The notes beneath the pieces were generated by a model. The model had not been told where the DNA came from. It saw nothing but the letters and a program-made list of their open reading frames with translations, and ran no database searches. The translations under genes and the position numbers were made by a program. Source: Acidimicrobiia bacterium (lineage in GTDB: Bacteria > Acidobacteriota > Vicinamibacteria > Vicinamibacterales > UBA2999). From it: a stretch of DNA of 64,000 bases. Shown piece by piece: positions 18,111 to 30,117 of the stretch. The stretch's first letter is position 1. Each line of letters begins with the position of its first letter. Location of the stretch: positions 1,749-65,748 of the forward strand of contig VFYY01000002.1 of assembly GCA_016871375.1 (NCBI GenBank). Direction: 5' to 3'.

Positions 18111-19567
18111 TGGGTCCGATCGAACAGCGCGCCGATCGCTCCGAGCGACAGCTGCGGAACGCGCGGCGCGCGCAAGACGGCATCCTCGAAGAGCTGTTGC
18201 TTGATGGCGGCCTGTGGCGCATCCAGCGAAGTGTCCGTCGGCTGTTCACGAGCCCAGTCGTCGTAGTACGCCCACTCGTCGCGGACGCTCATCGCCCGCG
18301 CGCGCAGGCTGTCGTGAATCCCGACGAACCTGACCGTCCAGCCAACGGCGATCACGAGAACGAGCACCGGCGCCACGATCAGAGGCGTCACACGCGGCGA
18401 CGCCTCCGCGGCGGTCATCTCGCGCACGACCATGTACGCCGCGGCGGCATAGAAGAGGCCGGCCGGACTCATGATTACGTCCTTTTCATAGGCGGCGGCG
18501 AACAGCGCATTGGCCGGGAGCATGACGAGGAACAACACCACGAACCGGTCGGCGTCGTTGAACGCTCCAGCGCGCCACGACGAGAACCGGAGCGCGGTGT
18601 AGCGGCCGATCAGCAGGGTCGTCGCGGTGCTCGTGATGACGTTGACGACTTGCCAGGCTTCGGGAATGCCGCTCGTGAGGTTTCTGACGAACGCCCAGAC
18701 ACCGCCGCGCGGTTCGGCGAACAAGACGCAACTGATCGCGCTCACGAAATTGTACAGATGGAACGGCGCAGGATTGGACCCGAAGCGTGCCACGAGCTCG
18801 TCGGGATCGAGGGCCGAAAAACCGAAGCCGGCGCTCCGCTCGGTGAGTCCCGGCGCGCTGCCTCCGAGTACGACGAAACGTCCGACGAAATACAGCGCGA
18901 CGCAGGCCGTCAGCACGATCAGTCCATGACGCGAGACGCCTCGACAGCCGACCGCGCGGGCAGCGACAAAGAGCACCCAGACCAGCAGACCACTCTCGAT
19001 CGTCAACATTGCCGCGACGAGCACGACCGCAGCGGCGGCATCGACCAGCGCTCGCGGCCGCGCCTGGGCGAGGTTCACGGCTGCGGCGCAGCAGACGAGA
19101 ACGGTCAGGAAGTGATTGATGGGAAACCCTTCGAGTACCACGCCGGCGAAGGTGTGGATGCCAACGAGAATCGCCAGTGCCAGGGGAAGCGCGACGATGC
19201 CGGCACGGCTTTGCACGCGCAGCATTCGCACCGCGAGCAGCAGCAGCACGACGACCTGCGCCGCCTGGAAACCGCGAAACGCCAGGTGATAGTTGCCGCC
19301 CGACAGGTCGACAACGACTTTGATCAACCCGCGCCGCAGGGGGCGAAAATAGCTGCCGTTCTGGAACTCGGCGCTGACGACTTCGAGCAGCGAGCGCCCC
19401 GCGATGTTCGTGAACTCGGTGAAGGAGTCACTGAGCTGGACGGGAATCTGCAGCAGGAAGATGCTCATCAATCCTCCGACTGCCAGAGCGGACGCGTAGC
19501 CGAGTCGGCGCGGGCCCGCGGCTGGTGCGCTCTGCTTCGAATCGATGCCGGCCGGGGGCAATGGCAA
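18107..19567 (-). CDS. Large polytopic membrane protein, possible GT-C-type glycosyltransferase
   Basis: 486 aa with at least 11 TM helices. It lies directly downstream of a GT2 polyprenol-phosphate glycosyltransferase. The GT-C assignment rests on context only. Confidence 0.55.
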   Translation of the reverse strand: MPLPPAGIDSKQSAPAAGPRRLGYASALAVGGLMSIFLLQIPVQLSDSFTEFTNIAGRSLLEVVSAEFQNGSYFRPLRRGLIKVVVDLSGGNYHLAFRGFQAAQVVVLLLLAVRMLRVQSRAGIVALPLALAILVGIHTFAGVVLEGFPINHFLTVLVCCAAAVNLAQARPRALVDAAAAVVLVAAMLTIESGLLVWVLFVAARAVGCRGVSRHGLIVLTACVALYFVGRFVVLGGSAPGLTERSAGFGFSALDPDELVARFGSNPAPFHLYNFVSAISCVLFAEPRGGVWAFVRNLTSGIPEAWQVVNVITSTATTLLIGRYTALRFSSWRAGAFNDADRFVVLFLVMLPANALFAAAYEKDVIMSPAGLFYAAAAYMVVREMTAAEASPRVTPLIVAPVLVLVIAVGWTVRFVGIHDSLRARAMSVRDEWAYYDDWAREQPTDTSLDAPQAAIKQQLFEDAVLRAPRVPQLSLGAIGALFDRTQ

Positions 19568-19649
19568 CGGAGTGGGAGATTACCACCATCCGCCCGTGAC
19601 CGCCTGGCATTGACGCACGGTCGTGCGATTCGCCTTCAACATCGCGTCG

Positions 19650-20426
19650 TCATCGTGCCTCGGACCTCGGCGATCCTCGCCGTGACGGGACCTCTGCATA
19701 ACGGCCCAGCCACGCGTTCCAGCGAATTCGCGCCACATCTCGCAGCATGAGAAGACCATCGCGCAACGGCCTGACGCGCGAGCGTTGCTGGAATCGCCAT
19801 TCGATGGGAACTTCGTGGACACGCAGGCCGCGCAAGCGCGCGACGAACAGGACTTCGACGTCGAACGCCCATCCCTCGATCATCAGCCATGGCACGATGC
19901 GTTCGACTGCCACCGCGCTGAACAGCTTGAACCCGCATTGCGTGTCATTCACGGCGGCCAACGCCACGGTGCGGACCACACGGTTGAAGAGGCGGCCGAT
20001 GAAGTGCCGGATCCACGGCTCGTCTATGCGCCTGGCCGTCGTGCCTTCGCGGGTGGCGATGGCGATGTCACATCGGCCCGGGACCTCGTCGAGAAAACGC
20101 GGCAGCTCGAACACCGGCATCGACAGATCCGCGTCGCACATGAATCTGAGCTGCCCTCTCGCGGCCATCAAGCCGTGGCGCACTGCGCCTCCCTTGCCGC
20201 GGTGGGGCTCGCGCCGCAACACAACCCGCGGGTCTGCCTCGCCAATCTGTTCGACGATGCGGGCGGTGTCGTCCGTCGAGCCGTCATCGACCACGAGGAT
20301 TTCCCACGTATCGGCCACGGCGGCGAGTCTCGATTGAAGCGCGAGAACGCTCTCCGCAATCCGCGTGCCTTCGTTGAAAGCGGGAATAACGACCGACAGG
20401 GCGACGGCAGGCTCATCGTGTGTCAT
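19650..20426 (-). CDS. Family 2 glycosyltransferase (polyprenol/dolichol-phosphate sugar synthase-like)
   Basis: LSVVIPAFNEGTRIAESV..EILVVDDGSTDDT and a DAD-type motif (FMCDADLS) are typical of DPM1/ArnC-like GT2 enzymes. Confidence 0.85.
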   Translation of the reverse strand: MTHDEPAVALSVVIPAFNEGTRIAESVLALQSRLAAVADTWEILVVDDGSTDDTARIVEQIGEADPRVVLRREPHRGKGGAVRHGLMAARGQLRFMCDADLSMPVFELPRFLDEVPGRCDIAIATREGTTARRIDEPWIRHFIGRLFNRVVRTVALAAVNDTQCGFKLFSAVAVERIVPWLMIEGWAFDVEVLFVARLRGLRVHEVPIEWRFQQRSRVRPLRDGLLMLRDVARIRWNAWLGRYAEVPSRRGSPRSEAR

Positions 20427-20525
20427 GCGACGGTGCGGACGATGGATAGATCGAAGCCGTCGTTCCTCGGATTAGGCTGAAACCGGGAACGTCACCAGCG
20501 TCGTGGGAACTCACAACTGAAGATG

Positions 20526-20601
20526 TGGAGCCGGCGGTCGGACTTGAACCGACGACCTGCTGATTACGAATCAGCTGCTCTACCAACTGAGCTACGCCGG
20601 C
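20526..20601 (-). tRNA. tRNA-Thr (anticodon CGT)
   Basis: The reverse complement folds as a 76-nt cloverleaf: GCCGGCG-TA-GCTC AGTTGGTA GAGC-A-GCTGA TTCGTAA TCAGC-AGGTC-GTCGG TTCAAGT CCGAC-CGCCGGC-T-CCA. The anticodon loop gives CGT, and CCA is encoded. Confidence 0.92.
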
Positions 20602-20714
20602 AAGGCGGGTCGAACGATCGATCTTAGCATGCCGAAGGGCCGGCTGAAGCCGGCCCCCACGACTGAGGCGTGGTGAGCCGGCCGGCAGGACGAGCAGCGG
20701 TCGGCGCGAAACGA

Positions 20715-20736
20715 GGCGGACCTGACAAGGTCCGCC
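20715..20736 (-). terminator. Hairpin GGCGGACC-N6-GGTCCGCC downstream of small ORF/peroxiredoxin unit
   Basis: 8-bp GC stem read directly. On the minus strand it is followed by TCGTTTCG, a weak T tract. Confidence 0.45.
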
Positions 20737-20752
20737 CCACATGAATCCAGAG

Positions 20753-20878
20753 TTATTCGTGGCGGTGGATCTCGTGGACGTAGTGGGCGCAGGCTTCGAC
20801 CTCGCGGATGTAGTCGTCGAGCAGCCGGCGCTCCAGTTCGGCCAGCGGTTCTTCCATCGGCGGCACGTCAGGACTCAT
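20753..20878 (-). CDS. Small hypothetical protein (41 aa), not in ORF track
   Basis: ATG is preceded by GAGGTG at -5..-10. Translation is MSPDVPPMEEPLAELERRLLDDYIREVEACAHYVHEIHRHE with GC3-rich codons like neighbouring genes. Confidence 0.4.
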   Translation of the reverse strand: MSPDVPPMEEPLAELERRLLDDYIREVEACAHYVHEIHRHE

Positions 20879-20972
20879 AGGCACCTCAGCGGGAACGCCG
20901 GACACGCACTCGGGGCGTCCGGATCTCCATGATCCAGACGCCCCGAGCGGATTGCACGCCCGATGCGGCGCG

Positions 20973-21542
20973 CTAGTTGCGCGCGGCGACCTTGATCTCG
21001 GTCAGCTTCGCGATCATGTCCTCGGCGGAGGTCGCCGGCCGGACGGCCTTGTCGATCGCCGCGATGCGGCCGTTCCTGTCGATGTAGAACGTCCACCGGT
21101 TGGCGAAGCCGCGCTGCGGGTTCAGCACGCCGTACTTCGTGGCGACTTCCCTGGTCGGATCCGCCAGCATCGGGAAGTCTGCTTCCTTCTTCTCGACGAC
21201 CTGCTCGCCGAGCTTCACCGACGTCGCCTTCGCGAACGCGATGTTGTCCGCGAGCGTGTCCACGCTCGCCATGAAGTACGCCACCTCGAACTTCTTGATC
21301 CGGTCGCCGTTCTCCGCCAGCGACTTGCACTCGATCGTGCAGCCCTGCGTGAACGCCCTCGGGAACCAGGCCACGACGACGGCCTGCTTGCCCCGGTACT
21401 CCGACAGCCGGTGGGCCTTGCCGTCGGTGCCCTGCAGGGTGAAGTCGGGCGCCATGTCGCCGACCTTCAGCTCCACGGGCGCCTGCGCCCCGAGCCCCAC
21501 CACGACCGCCGCCGCCACCGCCATCGTCATCCATGCGCGCAT
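20973..21542 (-). CDS. Secreted peroxiredoxin (AhpC/TSA, Bcp/PrxQ-like)
   Basis: Signal peptide [19 protein letters not shown]. Peroxidatic Cys motif [17 protein letters not shown]. Confidence 0.8.
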   Translation of the reverse strand: MRAWMTMAVAAAVVVGLGAQAPVELKVGDMAPDFTLQGTDGKAHRLSEYRGKQAVVVAWFPRAFTQGCTIECKSLAENGDRIKKFEVAYFMASVDTLADNIAFAKATSVKLGEQVVEKKEADFPMLADPTREVATKYGVLNPQRGFANRWTFYIDRNGRIAAIDKAVRPATSAEDMIAKLTEIKVAARN

Positions 21543-21573
21543 CCATCAACCTCCGAGGGGGCCGAGTATATTC

Positions 21574-23343
21574 CTAAAACTGCAGGCCGCCGGTGTCGGC
21601 GTCCTGCGCGGCCGGTGCCGGGCGATCGATGCCGAGGAGCTCGCCGTGCACGCGCTGCCGCTCGCGGTCGATCTGGTCCGGCGTCGCGCCGAGCCGCCGC
21701 AGGACGGCCTCGGTCATCGCCAGCGCGACCTCGCCTTCACCGGAAAAGACCTGCTCGGCGCCCGCGTTCCTCAGCTTGGGCACGTCGCGCAGGTACGCGC
21801 CGCGGGCGAACGTGTGGATGACGGGGTTGAGCTCGCGCGCCGCACGGATGGCCTCCGGCGCTCCCGCGTCCGCACCGCTGACGATGAGCGTCGAGGCGTG
21901 GCGCACGCCGGCCGTGCGCAGCGTGTCCGGATCGCGGGCGTCACCGTAGACCGCCGAGATGCCGTCCTGCCGCAGCTGGCGCACGGTATCGATGTTCATC
22001 TCGATCACCGTGGGCGCGATGCCGTTCTCGCGCAGCAGCCGCGTGACCGTCCTCCCGGTGGGGCCGTAGCCAATGACGATCGCGCGATCCTCGGCCTGCA
22101 GCGACGAGGCGGCGCCGCGGTCTTCCAGGTGATCCGTGAAGCGTCCGCGCGTGAACAGCCGGCGGTGCGCCAGCCACCGCTCGGCGGGACCGATGATCTT
22201 CGCCACCACGGGATTGATCAGGATCGACGCGATCGAGACGGCCACGACAATGTTCATCGCCGTCGCCGGCAGCACGCCGAGGTCGGTGGCGAGCGCGGCG
22301 AGGATGAACGAGAACTCGCCGGTCTGCGCGAGCGACGAGGGCACGGTGAGCACGGTCCGGATCGGGTACTTCATCAGCGCGACGATCAAGGCGGCGACGA
22401 GCGGCTTCGCGAAGACCACGATCAGGAACGCGGCGAGCGCCAGCCACGGCGCCTCCAACAGCCGGCCGGGATTGAGCAGCATGCCGACGGAGACGAAGAA
22501 GATCACCGCGAACGCATCGCGCATCGGCAGCTCGTCGGTCGCGGCCCGCAGGCTGTACTCCGAGCGCCCCACCGCCAGGCCGGCGACGAAGGCGCCCAGC
22601 GCCATCGACACGCCGAATACCGTCGTCGCCAGCACGGCGATGCCGAGCGCGAGCACGAGCACGGTGAGCGTGAACAGCTCGCGCGACCGGGTCGCAGCGA
22701 CGCGGTCGAGCAGCTGCGGGATGATGCGCGTGCCGGCGAACGCCGCCGAGGCCAGCAGCGCGATGATCTTGGCCAGCGACACGCCGACGGCGGCCAGAAC
22801 CCCTTCCGCGTCCGCGCCGCGCGCGACGATCGTCGGCATCAGGACCAGCACGAGCACGGTGAACAGGTCCTCGACGACGAGCCAGCCGACCGCGATGTGA
22901 CCGCTGGACGTGTGGAGCTGGCGCGAGTCCGACAGCACGCGCACGAGCACGACCGTGCTGGCGACCGACAGCGTCAGGCCGAAGACGACTGACGACGTCC
23001 AGCTCCAGTCCATTGCCTGCGCCGCAAGCGCGCCGAGGAGGGTGGCGGTCGCGATGCCCGCCGCCGCGCCCGGCACCGCGACGCGCCGGACCGCCAGCAG
23101 CTCTTCCACGTGAAACTGCAGGCCGACGCCGAACATGAGCAGGATCACGCCCACTTCGGCGAGCTGCTCGGCCAGCTCCGCGTTGGCGACGAGCCCCGGC
23201 GTATACGGCCCGATCGCCACGCCGGCGAGCAGATACCCGACGATGGGCGAGAGGCCGATCCGGTGCGTGACGTAGCCCAAGATCAGCGCCGCGCTGAGTC
23301 CGCCGGCCAGCGTCAGGATCAGTTCGAGTTCCTGCACGGCCAC
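21574..23343 (-). CDS. CPA2 cation:proton antiporter with C-terminal RCK/TrkA-N domain (KefB/YbaL-like)
   Basis: 589 aa. N-terminal Na+/H+ exchanger-type TM domain (GLSPIVGYLLAGVAIGP). C-terminal Rossmann segment AIVIGYGPTGRTVTRLL. Confidence 0.85.
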   Translation of the reverse strand: MAVQELELILTLAGGLSAALILGYVTHRIGLSPIVGYLLAGVAIGPYTPGLVANAELAEQLAEVGVILLMFGVGLQFHVEELLAVRRVAVPGAAAGIATATLLGALAAQAMDWSWTSSVVFGLTLSVASTVVLVRVLSDSRQLHTSSGHIAVGWLVVEDLFTVLVLVLMPTIVARGADAEGVLAAVGVSLAKIIALLASAAFAGTRIIPQLLDRVAATRSRELFTLTVLVLALGIAVLATTVFGVSMALGAFVAGLAVGRSEYSLRAATDELPMRDAFAVIFFVSVGMLLNPGRLLEAPWLALAAFLIVVFAKPLVAALIVALMKYPIRTVLTVPSSLAQTGEFSFILAALATDLGVLPATAMNIVVAVSIASILINPVVAKIIGPAERWLAHRRLFTRGRFTDHLEDRGAASSLQAEDRAIVIGYGPTGRTVTRLLRENGIAPTVIEMNIDTVRQLRQDGISAVYGDARDPDTLRTAGVRHASTLIVSGADAGAPEAIRAARELNPVIHTFARGAYLRDVPKLRNAGAEQVFSGEGEVALAMTEAVLRRLGATPDQIDRERQRVHGELLGIDRPAPAAQDADTGGLQF

Positions 23344-23411
23344 GATGGTACCCCGTGACGCACATCCGATCTCCCGGCCCGTCCGTAATGGACAGCGGAG
23401 GGTTAGAAGCG

Positions 23412-23834
23412 ATGTCTGAAGCCGGGAATACGCAGATCGTGAAAGACGCCTATGCCGCCTTCGGGCGCGGCGACGTCAACGCCATCCTCGCCCTGGTGGA
23501 CGAGCAGGTCGAGTGGGAGGGCGTGAAGGGGAGCGAGGGTGTGGCGCCGCACGCCGGCCTGAAGCGCGGCCGCGCGGCCGTCGGCGAGTTCTTCGCCACG
23601 GTCGGCACGACGCTGGATTTTCATCAGTTCGAGCCGCGCGAGTTCGTGGCCCAGGGCGACACCGTGGTGTCGGTGGGCACGTACAAGGCGACGGTGAAGG
23701 CGACCAGGAAGACGATTGCGGCCGACTGGGTGATGGTCTTCACGATCCGGAACGGGAAGGTCGTGCGGTTCCGCGAGTGGAGCGACAGTGCGGCGGTGAA
23801 TCGCGCCTTTCTCGGCGCGGCCGTTACGGCGTGA
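23412..23834 (+). CDS. SnoaL-like / NTF2-fold protein
   Basis: Start is at the internal ATG with GGAGGG upstream. MSEAGNTQIVKDAYAAFGRGDVNAILALVDEQVEWEG is typical of ketosteroid-isomerase-like SnoaL proteins. Confidence 0.72.
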   Translation: MSEAGNTQIVKDAYAAFGRGDVNAILALVDEQVEWEGVKGSEGVAPHAGLKRGRAAVGEFFATVGTTLDFHQFEPREFVAQGDTVVSVGTYKATVKATRKTIAADWVMVFTIRNGKVVRFREWSDSAAVNRAFLGAAVTA

Positions 23835-23858
23835 TCCGGCGGGCCGTAAAGGCCAGCC

Positions 23859-24185
23859 CTACGACCTCGACGACCTCGGCTCCAGCCGCGCCAGCGCCAG
23901 CGTATCGCTGACCACCGCCACCGCCAGGGCGACGACCAGCCCGGCCATCAGCAACGTGATGCCGACGATGTCGAGGACGTGGTCTACGTAGAAGCCGTAG
24001 CGCGACCGCTCGACGCGGCGTACGCGCGCGAGCGTGCCATCGAGGCTGTCGCCCAGCCAGTTGAGCGCGAGCGCGATGATGACGAGCCACAGGCCGCGCG
24101 TGTCCCAGCGGGCGAGGGCGTAGCCCGCGCCGGCGATGCGGACGAGCAGGCGCTTTTCAGCAGAGGCCGTCAGGGCGCGAGTCAC
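23859..24185 (-). pseudogene. Truncated CDP-alcohol phosphatidyltransferase (108 aa; catalytic motif present, C-terminal half missing)
   Basis: Contains DSLDGTLARVRRVERSRYGFYVDHVLD, matching D-x2-D-G-x2-A-R..G-x3-D-x3-D. Only about 3 TM helices are present, against about 6 in full-length enzymes such as the paralog at 44636. Confidence 0.5.
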
Positions 24186-24221
24186 GGGCGTGATTGAGGA
24201 TGCTCATGTCCGGAGACGTGT

Positions 24222-24296
24222 CGCGTGCCCCGCTTCCGGCTCATGGCGCGTGCCGTGGTTCCGGCTCATGGCGCGTGCCCCGCTTCCGGCTCATGG
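24222..24296. repeat. 3 x 25-bp tandem repeat upstream of uvrA
   Basis: The unit CGCGTGCC[CCGC/GTGG]TTCCGGCTCATGG occurs at 24222, 24247 and 24272. Units 1 and 3 are identical. Unit 2 differs only in the central tetranucleotide. Confidence 0.9.
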
Positions 24297-24319
24297 TAGG
24301 GGCGCGGCATGCCGCGCCC
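24296..24319. repeat. REP-A hairpin GTAG+GGGCGCGGCATGCCGCGCCC
   Basis: Read directly. The sequence is identical to the copy at 30077. Confidence 0.85.
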
Positions 24320-24366
24320 GTGTGTAGTAACATTCTCTCCTTACCGTTCTGGGGAAATCGCTCGCA

Positions 24367-27322
<2,956 letters not shown>

Positions 27323-27342
<20 letters not shown>

Positions 27343-28057
27343 CAAGCCGGGTCCGCGACGCGATGCGAGCGGAACCCGGCCTACGTACGTAGGGCGGGTC
27401 CGCGCCACGAACACGAGTGGACCCGCCGTCCTGCCGCGATCGTTCTACAGCCGCCCGACGCTGAAGGTCGCTGAAGATCTCCTCGGGAAGGTCCTCGTCC
27501 ACCGCACGCCGGACGGCGTCGCGGCCGGGATGATTGTCGAGGCCGAGGCCTACATCGGCGAGGACGATCCGGCGTGTCACGCCGCGCCGGGCCCGACGCG
27601 CCGCAACGCGCCGCTCTACGGACCGCCCGGCATCGCCTACGTCTACCTGAACTACGGGATCCATCACCTCGTGAACGCGGTCACCGAGTCCGAGGGAGAT
27701 CCAGCCGCGGTGCTGATTCGTGCGCTCGATCCGGTTGAAGGGCTGGCGCTGATGCGCAGGCGCCGCGCAACGGACGGACGGCACATCGAGGAACACGACC
27801 TGTGCCGCGGGCCGGGGAACCTCACGCGGGCGCTCGGCATCACGCTCACGGACAACCTGCTCGACCTGACCCTTCGACCAGGCTCAGGGCAGGCGTCGGG
27901 CCGTCTCACGATCGAGGATCGCCGCTTGAGGCGCGGCAGCGTGGCGTGGGGTCCACGCATCGGAATTAGGGTTGGCGTCGATAAGCGCTGGAGATGCTGG
28001 ATTGCCGGACACCCGAGCGTTTCCGCGCCGAGAGCGAGTGGTACAGTTAAGAGATAA
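27323..28057 (+). CDS. mpg: DNA-3-methyladenine glycosylase (Mpg/AAG family)
   Basis: FYSRPTLKVAEDLLGKVLVH..IVEAEAYIGEDDPACHA..PGIAYVYLNYGIHHLVN is diagnostic. The start is uncertain: the only in-frame ATG (27323) overlaps uvrA by 20 nt, and the first 35 or so codons run through two hairpin repeats. Confidence 0.8.
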
Positions 28058-29458
28058 ATGGGCACGACGCTCCTCCAGAAGGTGTGGGACCTCCATTCAG
28101 TGCGCGCGCTGCCGACGGGCCAGACGCAGCTCTTCATCGGCCTGCACCTGATCCACGAAGTGACCACGCCGCAGGCGTTCGACACGCTGCGCGCGCGCGG
28201 CTGGACGGTGGCGCGGCCCGACCGCACGTTCGCCACCGTGGACCACATCGTCCCGACCAGCCAGCGCACGCGGCCGTTCCTCGACGTGCTGGCCGAGGAC
28301 ATGATCGCGTCGCTCGAGCGCAACTGCCGCGACTTCGGCGTGCGCCTCGCCGGCCTCGACGACGAACGGCAGGGCATCGTGCACGTCATCGGGCCGGAGC
28401 TCGGGCTCACGCAGCCGGGCATGACGATCGCCTGTGGCGACAGCCACACGTCCACGCACGGCGCCTTCGGGGCGGTGGCGTTCGGTATCGGCACCTCGCA
28501 GGTGCGCGACGTGCTCGCGTCGCAGTGCCTGGCGATGGAACCGTTGAAGGTGCGGCGCATCCGCGTGACGGGGACGCTGCCGCCCGGCGTCTACGCGAAG
28601 GACGTCGTGCTCACGATCATCCAGCGCCTCGGCGTCGCCGGCGGCGTCGGCTACGCGTACGAGTACGCGGGCGAGGTCATCGAGCGGATGTCGATGGACG
28701 AGCGGATGACCATCTGCAACATGTCCATCGAGGGCGGCGCGCGTGTCGGCTACGTCAATCCCGATCAGACGACGTTCGACTACATCAAGGGGCGGCCGTT
28801 CGCACCGGCCGGCGAGGCATTCGATCGCGCGTGCGCCTGGTGGCGCTCGCTCGCCTCGGATCCCGACGCTGTCTATGACGATGACGTGGAGATCAGGGCG
28901 GAGGAGCTGACGCCCGTGGTGACGTGGGGCGTGAACCCGGGCCAGTCGATTGGCGTCGCCGAGGTCGTGCCGTCGGGGCGCGAGCCCGGCACCGACCCGG
29001 CGGCGGTCAGGGACGCGCTCGAGTACATGCAGCTGCAGCCGGGAAGGCCCATCGCCGGGCTGAAGGTGGACGTCGCGTTCATCGGCTCGTGCACGAACTC
29101 GCGGCTGTCGGACCTGCGCGAGGCCGCCCGCGTGGTGAAGGGGCGGCGCGTGGCGCCGCACGTCAAGGCGCTCGTCGTCCCCGGTTCGGCATCCGTGAAG
29201 GAGGCGGCCGAGCGCGAAGGCCTCGACGAAATCTTCCGATCGGCGGGGTTCGAGTGGCGCGCCGCCGGCTGCTCGATGTGCCTGGGCATGAACCCCGACA
29301 AGCTCTCGGGCGATCAGGTCTGCGCCGCCTCGTCCAACCGGAATTTCAAGGGCCGCCAGGGAAGTCCCACCGGCCGCACGCTGCTCATGAGCCCGGCGAT
29401 GGTGGCCGCGGCCGCGGTGGCCGGGCAGGTCACGGACGTGCGCGAGATGGTGAATTGA
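28058..29458 (+). CDS. leuC: 3-isopropylmalate dehydratase large subunit
   Basis: 466 aa. Aconitase-family motifs ([34 protein letters not shown]). Starts 1 nt after mpg. Confidence 0.95.
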   Translation: MGTTLLQKVWDLHSVRALPTGQTQLFIGLHLIHEVTTPQAFDTLRARGWTVARPDRTFATVDHIVPTSQRTRPFLDVLAEDMIASLERNCRDFGVRLAGLDDERQGIVHVIGPELGLTQPGMTIACGDSHTSTHGAFGAVAFGIGTSQVRDVLASQCLAMEPLKVRRIRVTGTLPPGVYAKDVVLTIIQRLGVAGGVGYAYEYAGEVIERMSMDERMTICNMSIEGGARVGYVNPDQTTFDYIKGRPFAPAGEAFDRACAWWRSLASDPDAVYDDDVEIRAEELTPVVTWGVNPGQSIGVAEVVPSGREPGTDPAAVRDALEYMQLQPGRPIAGLKVDVAFIGSCTNSRLSDLREAARVVKGRRVAPHVKALVVPGSASVKEAAEREGLDEIFRSAGFEWRAAGCSMCLGMNPDKLSGDQVCAASSNRNFKGRQGSPTGRTLLMSPAMVAAAAVAGQVTDVREMVN

Positions 29459-30072
29459 TGCAGGCCGAGCGCATCACGTCCGTCAGGGGCCGCGCGCTGC
29501 CGATGCGCGGCGACGACATCGACACCGATCGCATCATGCCCGCGCGCTTCCTCAAGGCGGTCACCTTCGACGGCCTGGAGCAGCACATCTTCGAGGACGA
29601 GCGCGCCGGATCGAAGGCGGCCAGCCACGGGCACGGCATCCACCCGTTCGACAACCCGCACTACGCGGGCGCCTCCGTCCTGCTCGTCAACAGCAACTTC
29701 GGCTGCGGCTCGTCGCGCGAGCATGCGCCGCAGGCGCTCCGCCGCTGGGGCATCCGCGCCGTCGTCGGCGAATCGTTCTCGGAGATCTTCTTCGGCAACT
29801 CGCTGATGATCGGCATGCCGTGCGTCACCGCGACGGCGCTCGAGATCCGCGAGCTGATGGACCGTGTCGAAGAGCGCCCGGACACGATCATCGCGGTCGA
29901 TCTCGCGCGTGGTGTCTGCGAAACCGACGGCTACAGCTGCGCGGTCTCGATCCCCGCCGCGGCGCGCGACGCGTTCGTGACGGGCGCCTGGGACACGACG
30001 GGCCTGCTCCTCGAGCGCTACGGCGAGGTGGATGCCGTGGCCGCGCGTCTTCCGTACATCAAGGGTTTCTGA
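29458..30072 (+). CDS. leuD: 3-isopropylmalate dehydratase small subunit
   Basis: TGATG overlap with leu[49 protein letters not shown]. Confidence 0.92.
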   Translation: MQAERITSVRGRALPMRGDDIDTDRIMPARFLKAVTFDGLEQHIFEDERAGSKAASHGHGIHPFDNPHYAGASVLLVNSNFGCGSSREHAPQALRRWGIRAVVGESFSEIFFGNSLMIGMPCVTATALEIRELMDRVEERPDTIIAVDLARGVCETDGYSCAVSIPAAARDAFVTGAWDTTGLLLERYGEVDAVAARLPYIKGF

Positions 30073-30076
30073 CACG

Positions 30077-30100
30077 GTAGGGGCGCGGCATGCCGCGCCC
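30077..30100. repeat. REP-A hairpin GTAG+GGGCGCGGCATGCCGCGCCC
   Basis: Read directly, 5 nt after the leuD stop. Confidence 0.85.
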
Positions 30101-30117
30101 GTTATAGGATTGCGCCC

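Noticed and set aside
20413-20742. 109-aa ORF overlapping tRNA-Thr
   Set aside because: The ORF reads straight through a canonical 76-nt tRNA cloverleaf. The tRNA explains the sequence conservation better.
20741-20932. 63-aa plus-strand ORF MNPELFVAVDLVDVV...
   Set aside because: It is antisense to the better-supported 41-codon minus-strand ORF, which has a strong SD. It has no RBS of its own and ends in an Arg/His-rich tail.
24222-24296. Possible CRISPR array (also considered for 52714-52807 and 34404-34448)
   Set aside because: The repeats are directly abutting, with no unique spacers. Units are only 7-25 bp long. No cas genes are in the window.
24186-24366. LexA/SOS box upstream of uvrA
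   Set aside because: I could not find a convincing palindrome of any LexA-box type I know (CTGT-N8-ACAG, GAAC-N4-GTTC, GTTC-N7-GTTC). The lineage's box is unknown to me, so no call is made.
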